Shown: piece by piece, positions 61,835 through 64,000 of the stretch | How the letters are laid out: the number at the start of each line of letters is the position of its first letter | Position numbering within the stretch: position 1 is the stretch's first letter | Assembly: GCA_019358915.1 (NCBI GenBank) | Contig: JAHHIM010000006.1 | Location: 32,001-96,000, forward strand | Length of the DNA stretch: 64,000 bases | Origin: Trichormus sp. ATA11-4-KO1 | Lineage (GTDB): Bacteria; Cyanobacteriota; Cyanobacteriia; Cyanobacteriales; Nostocaceae | Reading direction: 5' to 3' | Translations under genes and position numbers: made by a program | The notes under the pieces: generated by a model | Database searches by the model: none | What the model was told of the DNA's origin: nothing | The model's input: only the letters and a program-made list of their open reading frames with translations

Positions 61835-62665
61835 ATGATTCTGCCCAAACCTACTTTGGAGGATATCGAAATACAGTTGCTCTTGCAGGGGATGTACCAG
61901 TACTATGGTTATGATTTCCGTAATTATGCTCTCTCTTCTCTCAAGCGCCGCATTCGGAACTTTATACACTTAGAGGGGTTAAGCAATATTTCCGCATTGC
62001 AAGAGCGCTTACTTCACGATCGCACCTGTCTAGAAAGATTTTTGTTGGCTGTGACGGTGAATGTTACATCCATGTTTCGCGACCCTAGCTTTTATCTCGC
62101 CTTCAGAAATCAAGTAATCCCAATGTTGCGCACCTATCCTTTTATTCGCATTTGGCACGCTGGATGTTCGAGTGGTGAAGAAGTTTACTCCATGGCGATT
62201 TTATTACAAGAAGAAAACCTGTACCACCGTTGCCGGATATATGCCACCGACACAAACGAGAAGGTACTAAAAAACGCCAAGAGCGGCATTTTTCCTCTGC
62301 GAATGATGCAAGAATATACTCAGCTTTACCTGAAATCAGGCGGTAAACAAGCTTTTTCCAAATACTACACTGCGGCTTATGACAATGCTATATTTCAAGC
62401 CTCCCTGAAAGAAAATATCATTTTTGCCCAGCATAATCTGGTAACGGACAGTTCTTTTAATGAATTTAATGTCATACTTTGTCGAAACGTTCTCATATAT
62501 TTTAATCAGATACTTCAAAAGCAAGTACATGAACTATTTTATAACAGTTTATGTACCTTTGGCATCTTAGGTTTAGGTCGGCAAGAATCAATCAAATTCA
62601 CTGCCTATGAAGATTATTATGATGAAATCGCCAAGGGTGAGAAGCTTTACCGGAGGCTAAATTAA
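61835..62665 (+). CDS. cheR: CheR-type protein-glutamate O-methyltransferase
   Basis: GYDF..Y, T.MFRD, IWHAGCSSGEEVYS and CRNVLIYF motifs. Confidence 0.92.
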   Translation: MILPKPTLEDIEIQLLLQGMYQYYGYDFRNYALSSLKRRIRNFIHLEGLSNISALQERLLHDRTCLERFLLAVTVNVTSMFRDPSFYLAFRNQVIPMLRTYPFIRIWHAGCSSGEEVYSMAILLQEENLYHRCRIYATDTNEKVLKNAKSGIFPLRMMQEYTQLYLKSGGKQAFSKYYTAAYDNAIFQASLKENIIFAQHNLVTDSSFNEFNVILCRNVLIYFNQILQKQVHELFYNSLCTFGILGLGRQESIKFTAYEDYYDEIAKGEKLYRRLN

Positions 62666-63243
62666 TGTCTTTTAAAATTGTGCTGATTGGGACTTCTTTA
62701 GGGGGATTATCGGCACTCAAAATTATCCTAGGAAATTTACCAGCAGACTTTTTGGTACCAATTGTAATTGTGCAACATCGTCACAAAAACTCAGATAACA
62801 CACTGGAGGCATTATTACAAGAACAAACATTTTTACCAATTAAAGAAGTTGAAGATAAAGATAAAATACTACCAGGAAATGTCTACCTAGCTCCAGCAGA
62901 TTATCACCTACTAATTGAACCAGGTTATTTTGCTCTCTCTACAGATGAGCCTGTTTCCTATGCTCGACCATCAATTGATGTGCTGTTTGAATCGGCAGCT
63001 GATATCTATGCTGAACAAGTCATTGGTGTTATATTGACAGGGGCAAATCACGATGGCACGCAAGGTTTGAAAAAAATAAAAGCGCGGGGAGGAATTACTA
63101 TTGTGCAGGAACCAGCCACAGCTGAAAGCTCGATCATGCCACAAGCAGCAATTTCTGCTGTTACAGTAGATTGGATTTTATCACTTGCGGAAATTGCCAA
63201 CCTACTGAAAGTGCTGAGTGCTACTGAAAGTGCTGAGTGCTGA
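62665..63243 (+). CDS. cheB: CheB-type methylesterase lacking a receiver domain
   Basis: GTSLGG, VQH, RPSIDVLF and LTGAN.DG catalytic motifs. Confidence 0.92.
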   Translation: MSFKIVLIGTSLGGLSALKIILGNLPADFLVPIVIVQHRHKNSDNTLEALLQEQTFLPIKEVEDKDKILPGNVYLAPADYHLLIEPGYFALSTDEPVSYARPSIDVLFESAADIYAEQVIGVILTGANHDGTQGLKKIKARGGITIVQEPATAESSIMPQAAISAVTVDWILSLAEIANLLKVLSATESAEC

Positions 63244-63397
63244 GTGCGCTCCTGAGCGAAGTCGAAGGAGAGTGCTAAGTGAAATTTCTACTAAGCAAGC
63301 ATAAAATGCTTATAGCTTAGAAGTAGAAAGGGTCTGGCGTGTCATAATAATTCAAGCAATCCGCTTTTGAAAGGATTGCAACCAAGCATTGAGCGAA

Positions 63398-64000
63398 ATG
63401 AACTTCATGCAGGCGGAACTAAAAGTCAACATCCTCTTGGTGGATGATAAGCTGGAAAATCTCATAGCACTAGAGGCAATATTGGAGAGACTAGGAGCCA
63501 AACTAGTCAAAGCTACTTCTGGAGAGGAAGCTTTAAGGTCTTTATTGCATCAGGACTTTGCAGTAATTTTGCTGGATGTGCAAATGCCAGGGATCGATGG
63601 CTTTGAAACTGCTACCCTAATTCGCAGTCGGGGGCGATCGCGCCACACGCCGATTATCTTTCTCACCGCCTTTAGCAGTAGCAACCAAATGCTGTTCAAA
63701 GGTTATGCCTTGGGTGCAGTTGATTATCTACTCAAACCCATAGACACTAATATATTGACATCTAAAGTTACAGTATTTGTTGAATTATTTAAGAAAACAC
63801 AAGCAATCGAGCAACAGGCAGCTCAACTTACAGCCATCAATGCTGAACTGAGGCAAAGTGAAGAGCGGTTTCGTTCACTGAGTACTTGTTCACCAATTGG
63901 CATTTTTGAGACCGATACTCAAGGGCGCTGTAAGTATACTAATCCTTGCTATCAGGAAATTTGTGGCTGGAGTTTGGCAGAAAGTTTAGAAAAGTCGTGG
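63398..64000 (+). CDS. Response-regulator/PAS hybrid sensor protein (3' truncated by window edge; not in the ORF track)
   Basis: Reads MNFMQAELKVNILLVDDKLENL...LLDVQMPGIDG...PIIFLTA...GAVDYLLKP, then SEERFRSL..PIGIFETD..G..Y.NP (PAS start). Confidence 0.9.
   Translation, partial: MNFMQAELKVNILLVDDKLENLIALEAILERLGAKLVKATSGEEALRSLLHQDFAVILLDVQMPGIDGFETATLIRSRGRSRHTPIIFLTAFSSSNQMLFKGYALGAVDYLLKPIDTNILTSKVTVFVELFKKTQAIEQQAAQLTAINAELRQSEERFRSLSTCSPIGIFETDTQGRCKYTNPCYQEICGWSLAESLEKSW

Overview
64-kb chromosomal segment of a heterocyst-forming, N2-fixing cyanobacterium (Nostocales-like). The assignment rests on dense HIP1 GCGATCGC sites, STRR heptamer repeats and a nifP(cysE)-nifV-nifZ-nifT satellite cluster with TGAGTAC boxes. 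Most of the window is housekeeping: ftsY, sps, lysC, smc, mgtE, trhO, frameshifted prfB, ybeY, dgkA, trpG/pabA, acs, ddl, coaD, lgt, cobM. It also holds a stand-alone tRNA-Ala(UGC), a GT2/TVP38/flavoprotein cluster and an MCP-less CHASE3 hybrid kinase-CheR-CheB signalling locus. No CRISPR array, transposase, integrase or prophage gene was seen. The most interesting unexplained signals are: (1) structured non-coding RNA or leader candidates at 49.47-49.64 kb, 29.37-29.59 kb and 24.09-24.33 kb; (2) an O-methyltransferase/trhO/tRNA-Ala(UGC)/DUF938 neighbourhood that could be a wobble-uridine modification locus; (3) many tiny, nested, often frame-preserving mobile repeats, including a 21-nt insertion into a HIP1 site inside a gene, a 45-nt insertion in smc and three copies of one MITE; (4) AT-rich orphan genes, including a methyltransferase-HIT fusion with a substituted catalytic His. 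All product calls come from recognising motifs by eye; no database searches or folding programs were run.
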